A stretch of 64,000 nt of DNA from Octopus sinensis (lineage: Eukaryota): contig NC_042998.1 of the NCBI RefSeq assembly GCF_006345805.1, positions 58,404,001 to 58,468,000 of the forward strand, given 5' to 3'. Shown piece after piece: positions 24,075 through 36,116 of the stretch. A program made the translations under genes and the position numbers. Numbering within the stretch: the stretch's first letter is position 1; every line of letters starts with the position of its first letter. The notes under the pieces were generated by a model that did no database searches, had not been told where the DNA came from, and was given only the letters and a program-made list of their open reading frames with translations.

Positions 24075-24475
24075 AGCTTTTACTTGTTTCAGTCATTTGA
24101 CTGTGGCCATGCTGGAGCACTGCATTTAGTCAAGCAAATCGACCCCAGGACTTATTCTTTCTAAGCCTAGTAGTTATTCTATCAATCTCTTTTGCGGAAC
24201 CGCTAAGTTACGGGGACGTAAACACACCAGCATCGGTTGTCAAGTGATGTTGGGAAGGGACAAACACAGACACACAAACACACACACACATATACATATA
24301 TATATATATACGACGGGCTTCTTTCAGTTTCCATCTACCAAATCCACTCACAAGGATTTGGTCGCCCTGAGGCTATAGTAGAATACACTTGCCCAAGGTG
24401 CCACACAGTGAGACTGAACCCGAAAACATGTGGTTGGTAAGCAAGCTACTTACCACAGAACCACCCCTGCACCTA
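24075..24475 (-). mobile_element. SINE family A inserted in the R4-type LINE fossil
   Basis: Same modules as the 12280 and 50252 copies. Confidence 0.85.
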
Positions 24476-24479
24476 GTAA

Positions 24480-25620
24480 CCTGTTATGAGGTCTGGGTCT
24501 GTCATTCATATACTGTAGATCTATATTTTAGCTTTTCAGCTGTAGCTGTGAGTTGTTTCAGCTGGTGTAGTTTGGAGTTTAGGTTTTTCAATCCTGGTTC
24601 ACCAAATTGCCTTTATATTTTTTCTAAGGTCCTCCTGGTGTTGTGAGAAGTTGTTCCCTGTGTTACATTTCATAACTATAACGATCTTTGGTTTATTTTT
24701 TGTAGGAATTAAATTTCATTTTAAAGTTTAGGTGCCCATGCTGGTTCAGGCTTTCTGATTGAATCTCAATTACATGGCTTCAGCTCTTTGTGATACAGTA
24801 GTAATATAATAGGTGAGACATATATCAACAGATTGATGGTTTTGTAGGGTATTTTCATACCTCTGGACTGTGTGATCTTCAGATATTTATTTGTTATCTT
24901 ATTTACTGCCTCTAATTCTAATTCACTGGGTTTTTCACTTATAGTGGTGTTGTATGGCCTGTCATTCAAATTAACGTTGTGGACCTGTTGAAACATACCT
25001 TCTCAGATCACTTGTAAGGCATCCACAAGCTTTTGGTATTCTTCTGCTTGTACAGTATAGATATGAATTTCTGTCAAACAGTCAGTGTGTTGTTTACTAC
25101 CAGATTTAGCAGCCTGTTCTATCTATCCATCATTTGAAGTGGAAGGATTATTTCAATGGCTGGATTTATAGTGCCAGTTTGCTCTGAATCAGACATTTCT
25201 GTTAGATGTTTCAATCTACGTCTAGTAATATGTTTTGCACATTCATTTAAATGTTTCAGGGAAAATCTAAATCTGGGTGTTTGGAAAAATCTAAATCTGA
25301 ATTTTTTAGCCTTTGCATAAATCTGAACTTTTGGGGGTCAGACTGTACATTATATTCTTCATATAAATCTTTGTTAAAACTGTAGGTCCATTCTATATAT
25401 AGTGACTGTAATCATGAGTTGGTTGAAGGAGTTTTATATGTTTAGCCATGCTGACTTTTTCTATTCACTGATATTTGCTTTTGTTTTTCAAAGCAGACAA
25501 TTATCTTCTTTAAAAGTTTTGACAAAGTTTTGTCTGAATTAAATTTAAAGTTGTTCACAGCTTGGTAATCTTTCCTTTTTGGGTTGTTGTTTTTAATTCT
25601 ACAATTGTGTTTACATGTAC
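24480..25620 (-). mobile_element. Probable N-terminal region of the same R4-type element
   Basis: A-rich decayed coding-like strand lying upstream of the RT in the same orientation. TINLLIYVSPII resembles the N-x-L-x-Y-A motif preceding R4-clade RTs. Separated from the RT by a SINE A copy. Confidence 0.45.
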
Positions 25621-27043
25621 ATATTGAGTGGTGTTTATTTTTTGTGTTTATTTTGGGGTTTTTTTTTTTTGTTGTGAGTTGTTTTAAAATGCCACTTGGC
25701 TTATTTCTCTATGTGTAATGTTACAGTGCTATGTTCATATAACTATGTTAAGATGTATGGACTATTTATACAGATATGATACAATACATGTAACATTTAA
25801 AACACTCACCTAGAAATAGGCATATGTAATCTTACTGCACTTTGTCGCTTACTTTTTCTCATATTTGGTATGTTGCTTTCACATGAGCAGTAATTACATA
25901 TATCCACATATCAGATTGACCAGAATAGTCGCCATTGTGTGTGTGTTCTTGTTTTGACATCATGTGATGTCACCATATTCCAAGATGTGTCCTTCATTTC
26001 CAATCTTCTGTGTAAACATGTCTAGCAACAGAAAATCTATCTCAGCAAGTTACAACTGCCTCTTGCAAGCATGAAAAGCTGGATTTAAAAATAATGCTGA
26101 TGAAGATCAGTTATAGACAATGGTCAAACAAGAATTGAAATAAACTAGATAGATCATATGATGCATGATTCAAATTCAGACTTAGCCAAATGGTTAAAGA
26201 GTTTGCACTCATGGATCCCTAGTTTCAATCTCAAAGGGTGGTATCTTGGGAAAATGATACCTTGAGATGACCCAAGTCTTGAGAGTGAATTCGGGTTGAG
26301 AAAAACTCTAAGAAGTTTCACTGGATTTATTCAACCTGTAATTCAAATGTCTGGTCTTGATATGTATAATCTCAAACTGATTCAGCTTGGGAATATTAAT
26401 ATTACACATAAGACAGTGAACTTGCAGAATCATTGGCATGCTGGGTGCAATGCTTAGTAACATTTCGCCTGTCTTTATGTTCTGGGTTCAATTTCTGCCA
26501 AGGTTCACTTTGTCTTTCATTCCTTTCAGGGTCGATAAAATAAGCATTGGAGATGATTTACTTGACTTAACTTTTTCACCAAAATTGCTGGCCTTGTGCC
26601 AAAACCTGAAAGCAATATCAGTGTTTCACAAGCCTGTAGAATACTAAGCCACTTATATGTTAGATATAACAAGTGGGTAGTTCAGTTAATCAAACAAGTG
26701 AATTTTCATTGTTGAAACCAATGAAGGATTCACTATATATGGTTCAGCTAGATAAAAGAAAAACATACTGTATTGTAAACCTGTACAACCCACACCAACA
26801 TTAGCAAAATGAACAAATAAATAAATACATAAATAAATAACAAGTACTACAGTGATAATGAAGATGATAATGAAGGAAGAAAGAAAGGGGAAGTAAGAAT
26901 GATAATAGGGATATAATGATGATGATGATGGTAAAAGTTATGGTTGTTGCATAGCCCCAGGCATTAGGCTAGATTCAATTAATCAAGTGCTTAGTTAAAA
27001 TAACTTTGCAACTGCATGTGCATTAGATATTATATTGCGTATG

Positions 27044-27075
<32 letters not shown>

Positions 27076-27114
27076 CATGCGTGCATGTATGTGTGCGTAA
27101 TGTAGTGTAGGAAA

Positions 27115-27200
27115 GCCAAGATTGAAACTTCTGAATGGTACTAATGACTGGAAGGTGCAGGTGGATCTGAAGGAAATTCTTGTGTTCCCAAGCCATATAG
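27115..27200 (+). mobile_element. Short fragment of an RLE-type (HERO/NeSL-like) non-LTR element
   Basis: LLNGTNDWKVQVDLKEILVFPSHIA resembles the W...VDL...L.FP.HI segment just upstream of RPD in these elements. Confidence 0.45.
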
Positions 27201-28224
27201 CAATAATAAAACAACAACTCAACCACTACGATAAAATAAAATAGAAAAATATTGTAAAAACCTTGTCAAGGTAACACACCTTGGAAGGCAAGATATGTAG
27301 TAGGCACTTAAAGGAAGGGCTTAAAATACAAGGAATTCAGGGAAAGAAGGAGTGCATATAAAACACAGGGATGATGGTGTGCTATATTTGAAGTACAGGT
27401 GGAATACCACAGGGTTGAACTAGATACCAAATGTCCTTCCTGACTGGCATTAAACTAAGGAAGAATAGAAGAACAGTAATTCACCAACAGCAAATGCTTT
27501 ATTATGAGAAAGACCAAAGCTGAAATAAATCATCCACAAGTTTGTCCATTTAATTAATACATTTTTTTCCATGCTAACATGGGTTAGAGGAATACATGTC
27601 GTTTAGGAATTGTTTTAAGGCTGGATACACTTTCTGTTCTGTTTTTCAATTAAGGGAATTTTATATTCTGTATGTTTTCAGAAGTGTAAATCTAGTGGAC
27701 AACTTGTTGACAGGAGGTAATGACAATAATCTTCACTATTCTTAGCTCAGTGCTTTTTTTATGAAAAGCACAGAATATAAATACAGACACACACACACAC
27801 ACACAGAACAACAACAAATTTCAGTCTCTTTCTGTTGACTAAATTCACTTGCAAAAAGCCTTCATCAATTTGTGGCTGCAGTGAAAAACACTCACCCTAA
27901 ATACTGTACAGTGGAACAGAACCTGGAACCATGAAGTGAGTTTCTAAACCATACAGCCATGTGCCAATGGTTCTGAAATCACATGACTGAGAAATGAACT
28001 TCAATCTCACAGCAATGTTGGCATAAACTAAATAAGGAGTTTGCAGCTATCACTGCTTTTGTAAGATGCCCACTCAAATCACAGGAGGGAGAGAGGCAGC
28101 AACAATGGAGTCCAAAACAACTAAGGCAGAATCAATGCTGTTTAATACTGATAGATGGGGTGATGCTGCCAGAAAGTGTGGAAATTGTTGTGATCGTCAT
28201 TCAAGAGATGATAAGCTGTATGTA

Positions 28225-28553
28225 AGTAGTGAGGGCGCGTGGCTTAGTGGTTAGGGCATTCGGCTCATGATCGTAAGGTTGTGAGTTCGATTCCCGGCGA
28301 CGCGTTGTGTCCTTGAGCAAGACACTTTATTTCACGTTGCTCCAGTCCACTCAGCTGGCAAAAATGAGTTGTACTTGTATTTCAAAGGGTCAGCCTTGTC
28401 ACTCTCTGTGTCATGCTGATTATCCCCGAGAACTACGTTAAGGGTACACGTGTCTGTGGAATGCTCAGCCATTTGCACATTAATTTCACGAGCAAGCTGT
28501 TCCGTTGATCGTATCAGCTGGGACCCTCGTCGTCGTAACCGGCGGAGTCTTTA
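28225..28553 (+). mobile_element. SINE family D, intact with a 12-bp TSD
   Basis: TSD AAGCTGTATGTA at 28213-28224 and 28554-28565. A box TGGCTTAGTGG, B box GAGTTCGATTCC, then tgtgtccttgagcaagacact. Confidence 0.88.
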
Positions 28554-28904
28554 AAGCTGTATGTAGAATAAATATTAATATTTACTTAGACTATATTAAT
28601 ATTAATATTTATTAAGGTAGCAAGCTGGCAGAATCATTAGCATGCCAGGAAAAATGCTTAGCAGCATATCATCTACCTCTACATTCTGAGTTCAAATTCC
28701 ACAGAGGTTGACTTTGCCTTTCATCTTTTTGGGATTGATAAAATAAGTACCAGTTGAATACAGGGGTCAATGTAATCAGCTTAAGTGCTTCTCTGAAATT
28801 CCTGGCCTTGTGCCAGAATTTGAAACTAATATTTACTTAGACTAAGGCATTAAGCTGGCGGAATTGTTAGCTTGCCAGGCAAAATGCTTAGTGGCATTTC
28901 ATTA

Positions 28905-29535
28905 TTCAAATACTGGGGCTCATCGAGGCAATGACAAGTGACTGAAACCTTTGGAGATTTGCTGTGCTTGAGAAGACCCAGCAAGCCAAGTGAAACCATA
29001 ACCATGGCCTATGCCAGTGCTGCATAACCAGACCATTTAAGAGTACCATTCAATCATTGTGCAATAAACTGCACTTGTGAAGACTTGTTGAGTTAAGTGA
29101 AATCATTATCATGGCTGATGACAGTACTGCCTGATTGGTACCTGTGCCAGTGGAATGTTAAAAGCAACATTTGAGTGTGGTCATTGCCAGCGTCACTCAA
29201 CTGGCTTCTGTGCTGGTAGCATGTAAAAAACACCATTTGAGTGTTGTTGTTGCCAGTGCTGCCTGGCTGGCTCTTGTGCAGATGGCATGTAAAAAGCACC
29301 ATTTGAGCATGGTCAATGCCAGTACTGCCTGACTGGCCCTCGTGTCAGTGGGACATAAAAGTACCCACTACTCTCTCAGAGTGGTTGACCTTAGGAAGGG
29401 CATCCAGCTGTAGAAACTTTACCAAATCAGACTGGAGCCTGGTGCAGCCTTCTAGCTTGCCAGCCCTCTGTCAAACTGTCCAGCCCATGCCAGCATGGAA
29501 AGTGGACGTTTAATGTCGATGATGATGATGATGGT
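28905..29535 (+). mobile_element. Family C, RTE-related non-autonomous element with (GAT)n tail; longest copy
   Basis: Contains AGGAAGGGCATCCAGC (a motif I recall from RTE 5' regions), the end agcatggaaagtggacgtt and (GAT)n. About four internal ~66-bp units. Confidence 0.75.
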
Positions 29536-29989
29536 TCAGAGTTCAAATTCTACCGAGGTCAACTTTGCCTTTATCCTTTCAGGGTCAATAAAATAAATGC
29601 CACTTGAGCACTGGGATTGATGTAATTGACTTACTCCCCCACCACCACCAAATTGTTGACCTTGTGCCAAAATTTAAAACTAATATTTACTTAGACTTTC
29701 CCACTCTAAAATAAAAAGTGGAGTAATTTGATTTACTAACCCCTCCAAGGCAGTTCCCTAGCATGGCTGCAGTCCAGCAATTGAAACAAACAAAAGAATA
29801 TCAGAACACACATACAGATTGATGGAATATATATTAGTAAGTCAGTTGCCTGGGAATCCATGTGCAGTGGTGATGAGGCAGCAGGGGTCACATATATGTT
29901 TGCAATTTTCTAAAGACAAAGAAAGCACTGTGAAAATGCAAAATAAAATACAAACAAGATGTGTTTACTGGGAAGTTGTTAGCCTTATT

Positions 29990-30200
29990 TTAAAACATTG
30001 TGTAAATGATATCAATGATGTGTTCTCTTGACTGAATTAGATAATGCAAAAGAATTATCTCTTGTAGATGAAAAGTTTCCAATAAAAGCCATTAGATCCA
30101 TTAACAGTAAAGTAAGTTACAGGATGTTGACCCAAATTTATGGGTTGCGCTTAGAATAATGCTTGCATTACCTGTGAATGTGCAGTGCTGTTTTAAGGTA
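29990..30200 (+). mobile_element. hAT transposase C-terminal dimerisation-domain fragment
   Basis: DVDPNLWVALRIMLALPVNV matches the (Y/F)PNL..AL.I.L.LPV consensus. Confidence 0.55.
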
Positions 30201-30319
30201 CATGTACACTTAGAAGTTCCCTAGATGCCCCATGGGTCTAGGTGAGGGTCCAATGCTAATCTATGTATGGAATTTGTATATGTTGGGACCTCCAAAGCAT
30301 TGCTTTATCCTGGAGCCTG

Positions 30320-30540
30320 TATGATGGGATGCTGAAAAGTTCTTGGCATTGGTTAAAAGAAAATACAGGAGATTCAGTTAATTAAGATTTTAGTCAACAT
30401 ATCCTTCTCTCAGATGCACTCATTTATTGCAGCAGTCATTCAGTTTTTCAAAGATTAATCAAAGAACTTGAAAGACTGGGCCTCCAGCCAGGCCTTTCAC
30501 GACACCCTTAAAGCCAGGAACTTTTCAGCACCCCTTCATA
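30320..30540. mobile_element. 221-bp mariner-type MITE
   Basis: TIRs TATGATGGGATGCTGAAAAGTTCTTGGC and reverse complement TATGAAGGGGTGCTGAAAAGTTCCTGGC, with TA ends. Confidence 0.82.
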
Positions 30541-32485
30541 ATGATGTTTGGACAGAACGATAAGCTTCTGTAAAATAAAGCTTATAGACATCCATGAAAC
30601 AAAACGTTAAATTTTTAGACAATTATGAATGAAGATAAGAAAAAAAATAGATATAAAAAATGCCATGAAAACACTTGCAGATCTAAAGCTGGTGGGGATC
30701 AACAGCTCTTTACAGACTTGTCGCCTGACTATTTTCTATTCTGTGCTAGATTGTCACAAAAATGTATCATGATTCATCATCATCATCATCATCGTTTAAC
30801 GTCTGTTTTCCGCGCTAGCACGGGTTGGACGGTTCGACCGGGGTCTGGGAAGCCAGGAGGCTGCACCAGGCTCCAGTCTGATCTGGCAGTGTTTCTACAG
30901 CTGGATGGCCTTCCTAATGCCAACCACTCCGCGAGTGTAGTGGGTGCTTTTTACATGCCACCAGCACAGGTGCCAGGGGAGTCTGGCAGCAGCCACGATC
31001 GGTTGGTGCTTTTAACATGCCACCGTCACAGAATTGTCAGAAATGCATGTTTCTCTCCCTCTTTCTGTCTATCTTAGTTATATTAACTCTTAAAGTTTTG
31101 TAGCACTTTATATAGATAATCTCTCAATCCTGATAGAAGCTACAGATTTTGATAGTCGTTTGCTTGGTATAGAAATCCATAAAAAATATAGCTATTGCAA
31201 GAAATTTAATAAAATTTGCTGATCATAGGCATACATTGCTGGTACTTGGTATCATGTTCTTTCACCTGCCAACTGGTTACAATTTACTACGTCTGTATGT
31301 TGACCTAATTCAAAAGACATCCATTCCTTGGCATTGATTTCTTTATCAAATAATATCACTAAATTTTTCTCACTTCTTAAAGTACTACTTAACATTTTGG
31401 AGGGAAAAATCTAGGAAATTTACCTGATAAAACACAAAAAAAAAAAAAATAAACACAAGATGCAAACTGACAAATCTTTTGAAAGGAATGACTTTTTAAA
31501 ATGTGGCTAAACTGTTTCACTACAGAAGAGTGCATAGCTTCAGTTTTTTTTAACCACAAATAACAATGCTATTTGATTAGCTGTTTTGCACAGTTTAGGA
31601 ATTGATGACAGGTGTGAATATCTACAATATCAGAATTTAATGAAGCTGTGACTGAGTTGTTCTCTTTCATTTTATTTTTAGTCTATAATGAAATAAACAC
31701 TTTATTCATGCATTAACAGTTTTTCTTCCTTGTTAAAAAATTTCAAAAGAATATTCTTGTAAGAGCGATGACATTTAGTTTGCTGCAGGTAATATCAAGC
31801 AGCAAAGTCTTAAATGTGTGTGAGAGTGAGTGAGTGAGTGTATGGAAATCCCATTGATTCTGATTGGTAGCTGATAAATGAAATTACCCAGTCATGTTAA
31901 AATATGTATTATGTTCTCATTAATGTCTTTGCTCATTATCACTGTCTTTGATTTATTTTACTTTTTTAAGATACTAGAACTCATTGTCTTATTGTTCAGA
32001 GGTAGATTATATATTAAAAGTTAATTGAAAACATTATTATGTCGGGTTGGTAGAGTTTAGTAAATAGCTACAGTTTATCAAGATAAAATTGTAACTGTAT
32101 GGCAGATATGAAGCATTCATGCACATATTACAATCTGTAAGCAGTACAGTAAATTTCTGTAAGAATTTTATCAAGTTCAGCATGTGACATTACTGTTATC
32201 TATATTCCATTAATGTAGCTTTGTATCCTTGTTACAAACCAGCTCCTTCTTTACAAGAAGTCATCAAATAATTAAAAATCAAAAACACTCACACTCACAT
32301 AGTTTATTTTGGGGCTGTTACTCTACAGTGTGTAGTCTTGGGCAAGCAGAATTTGGTACATGTAATTTGGTACATATAAACTGAAGTACATTTTCTGTGT
32401 GTGTGTATGTGTGCGTGTGTGTGTATGTATGTGAGAGAGAGAGAGAGAGACAGACAATATTCAGTGATGTAGACTAGTTCTTCTT

Positions 32486-32718
32486 ATTTCTTTACTGCCC
32501 ACAAGGGATTACACACAGAGGGGACAGATAAGGACAGACAAAGGGATTAAGTCGATTACATCGACCCCAGTGCATAACTGGTGCTTAACTTATCAACCCC
32601 GAAAGGATGAAAGGCAAAGTCAACCTCAGCGGAATTTGAACTCTGAACGAAGTGGCAGACGAAATACTGCTAAGCATTTCGCCCAGAGTGCTAACGTTTC
32701 TGCCAGCTCGCCGCCTTT
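32486..32718 (-). mobile_element. SINE family B, intact with a 15-bp TSD
   Basis: TSD AGACTAGTTCTTCTT at 32471-32485 and 32719-32733. Head ggcggcgagctggcagaaacgttagc with B box GAGTTCAAATTCC. Confidence 0.9.
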
Positions 32719-33290
32719 AGACTAGTTCTTCTTTCCAAGTTTATGTTGTCCATGTTCAGAGAGTGGAATTGAATTTGTGCATCTCCTTTCACCATGATAA
32801 AAAGTTATCATGCACAGGCATTGCTTGAAAAAAAGGTAAGACCTATTACAAAAATGGCTGGTCATAGCCTTCACATGTGTGGGACTTTCCATCAGGTGAT
32901 GGCTATATTCAAACATGAGTTTGCAGTCATTATGTCTGTCTGTCTGTTTGCATGTATATTTTTATCCCCTTGTCTTGACATGACATCACAGGGTGTTTGT
33001 AAAATAAGCTTCACTTTCCTACAAGTGGGGTCATTTGTTTTTAATAAACCTTGGTATAACATGTCCAGTCATGGGGAAATATTACCTAGTTTCAAAATAG
33101 ATAAAGAATGCTAATATGAAGGGCATCTGGCTACAGAAAATCTACCCCAAAAAATTCCATCTGGTCCATGCAAGCGCAGAAGACATTAAATTGATGATGG
33201 TGGTGGTGGTGGTGGTGGCAGTGGCAGTGGCGGCAGTGATTATGATGATGATGATGATATATTTACACATATCTTTTTAATAAATTTCAG

Positions 33291-33540
33291 ATCTGATAAG
33301 CTGAAACCATTTTGGTTAAATTTGAGTGAAAATGAAAGGAGGAGTTTCCAATCCTTATCAGAGCTATTATTGTCTGCTGAACCAAGCAGAGAATTTCGGG
33401 AAGCAGTCAACAGGTCCTTAGATATTCCAGACTGTAAAGTAGTGCCTTTTATTGGAGGATTTCTCAGGAATCTACGAGCTGTATTTGTTGGTGTACCAAG
33501 CATTATTGTATTGGCTTCTGAAGAAAATCAACCATTGGAG
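33291..33540 (+). CDS. PLCE1: Internal exon of phospholipase C epsilon, C-terminal part of the CDC25/RasGEF domain
   Basis: Acceptor tttcag (AG 33289-33290) and donor GTAAGT at 33541. Translates (R)SDKLKPFWLNLSENERRSFQSLSELLLSAEPSREFREAVNRSLDIPDCKVVPFIGGFLRNLRAVFVGVPSIIVLASEENQPLE, which resembles the PLC-epsilon RasGEF segment as I recall it (RSRKVLKMW...[25 protein letters not shown]...EETLE). Phase 2 to phase 0. Confidence 0.9.
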
Positions 33541-33603
33541 GTAAGTCTACTATTAATTGCTATTTCTGTGACTCAACTGATATATATATATTTGATATAT
33601 AAT

Positions 33604-33630
33604 ATATATGCATATGTACATACTTACATC

Positions 33631-33661
<31 letters not shown>

Positions 33662-34422
33662 GCATATGTGGGCACAAGACATCATGAAACGTGTACAACA
33701 AAAAATACAAAGTACGAGTACATGGAATATGAACTATTTTTCTGAACAACGAAAGACAAATGGAAAACAAGACAAACAGCTTAAAGAACGACCCTTCATC
33801 AGTTGTTGGCTGTTTTTTCTGCTCTCGTATTTCGAGCAATTCAAAACAAGATATGCTTTCAATAATACGGTTGCTCCTGCAAAGCAAATTAAATAAAAGT
33901 TGGGATTTTTGTGGAGGATCAAAATTGGTAACAAAAACAGGACAATGAAAACAAACAGGAAGGGCTGCTAAACCTAAATGAAGTTGTGGTGGCAAACGTG
34001 TAAATCAAGCTTGGACAGGAGACAGACAAGAACATGTCTTCCTTGATCCAGCTACAACGGAGAGAAAGAAAGCAACACAAGTGAGGAGAAGAAAGAAAGA
34101 TGACCAATGATCATGTGGGAGCCACATGAGAGAAAGAGAGTGACAGACAAAGAACTGTGAAGGGGAGAGGAAAAAATTTGGAGATAGGATAAGTGATAAA
34201 AAACAGGAGGGGAGAAAGGGAGATAGATGAATAAGAGAAAGAAAGAGAGAAAAAACGAAAGAGCAATAGGATAGAATAGCGGGAGAAGAGGAGGTAAAAG
34301 AATAACAGAGAGGAAGAGAGAAAAACGAAAGAGAATAAGGAAAGAATAGAGTGCGCATCAGAATTATTAAGATAAAACTTACTTGGAAGCAGATGTGAGG
34401 CATTCAATCAGATAATAATATA

Positions 34423-34483
<61 letters not shown>

Positions 34484-34810
34484 TATATACATGACCCTCT
34501 GCAAAAATTCCAAATTTTATTTAATTTGCTTTGAGGGAGCAACTGTTTTATCGAAAGCATATCTTGTTTTAAATTCTTGAAATACGAGAGTAGAAAAATC
34601 AGCCAACAACTGATGAAGGGTCGTTCTTTATGTTGGTTGTCTTGTTTTCCATTTGTCTTTCATTGTTTGAAAAAATAGTTCATATTCCATGTACTCGTAC
34701 TTCTTATGTTTTGGTTGTACATGTTTTGTGATGTCCTGTGCCCACATATGGCTATATATATACATATAGATGTAAGTAGGTACATATAGGTATGTATATA
34801 TGCATATATA
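33604..34810. repeat. Long inverted repeat pair (33604-33917 and 34496-34810) around a purine-rich spacer
   Basis: For example gtacgagtacatggaatatgaactatt and aagaacgacccttcatcagttgttggctg are exact reverse complements of segments in the second arm; about 85-90% identity by eye. Confidence 0.88.
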
Positions 34811-36116
34811 TATTATTTACATATATATATATATATATGGCACGTAAGAAACACCATTTGAGCATGGCTGTTGCCAGTACCGCCTGATTGGCCCTCATGC
34901 CGGTGGCATGTAAAAGCACTCACTACACTCTTGGAGTAGTTGGCGTTAGGAAGGCCATCCAGCCATAGAAACTTTGTCAGATCAAGATTGGAGCCTGGTG
35001 CGGCCATCTGGTTTGCCAGTCCTCTGTCAAATTGTCCAACCCATGCTAGCATGGAAAGTGGACGTTAAATGATGATGATGATGATATATTTACACATACA
35101 TATATGAGTGTGTGTGTGTATGGACAAATAGACATAGCTAGTTAGGTGAGTGTGTAGCACTAAGAAATCAAAAATATCTATAATGCACAGCCCCAGAAGT
35201 AAACGATGAAGGGGGATATTAAGGGGAAAAAATAACAGAGAAAGAAAAGGAAAACAGGTGTGCTACACCCTTGAGATAGAAAAGCTATAAGGTGATAACA
35301 GGGATCAAAGTGAGAGGAAAAGTTAGTTTAGGTGGTCAACAGATAACACTACATAGACACATAAATATACAAGCTATATAATCTCATTAATATACTCCAT
35401 ATCCAATCACAAATGTAAAGTTACATACACATGTGTTCAGACAACCCTCCACACATGCATACATAGGAAATTAATTGCAGACTTCTATGTTTCAATACTG
35501 GAAATCTAAAACTGTATTGTTCAGTTATTTGCTGACTCTTTCAAAAGATTTTTATTACAAAACATGTTAAACAGTTTATCAAGTACTAATGTGGTACAAG
35601 ATCTTATCAAATAAAGCAGCTGCATCATTTCTCAGTGCCTTTTGGCACATAAGTTCATCATGATCACTTGAGACCAAGAAATGACTTTTTAATAGTCTTA
35701 TGTGATGAATTATATTGATATATCTGGGAATATCATTGTTTAACAACTGTAATTTGATAGAGACACAAGTGACATATAGGAATTCTATTTTATAAATTGC
35801 TTTTAATTTCAAAAAAGTTAAATAATGATTTCAAATTTTGCAAAGGTTATTAAATTCAGCAACAATAATGTAAATGAAAAGTAAAATATATACTTTAAAA
35901 ATCAGAAGAAAATATCAATTAACATCAGTAGCAACATTTCCAGGAACAAACGAAAATACATAAATAAATAAAGGGTATGAAAATGGAGCCACAACAATTA
36001 AATTATACCTTACTATATAATTTATCAAGTGTTTGTTTTCTTATATTTAGTAAACATTAATTTTCAATGCATCTTAAAATTTACCATTCCATTCAAAGTA
36101 GAATCATCAATCAAAG

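Noticed and set aside
32794-33114. KMAGHSLHMCGTFHQVMAIF loosely resembles the RasGEF helix expected just before exon 33291
   Set aside because: It needs a gap, has no following GLR and no phase-2 donor; probably chance. RNA-seq junctions would settle it.
34608-34635. CTGATGA motif in the inverted repeat arm
   Set aside because: No stem II or GAAA follows.
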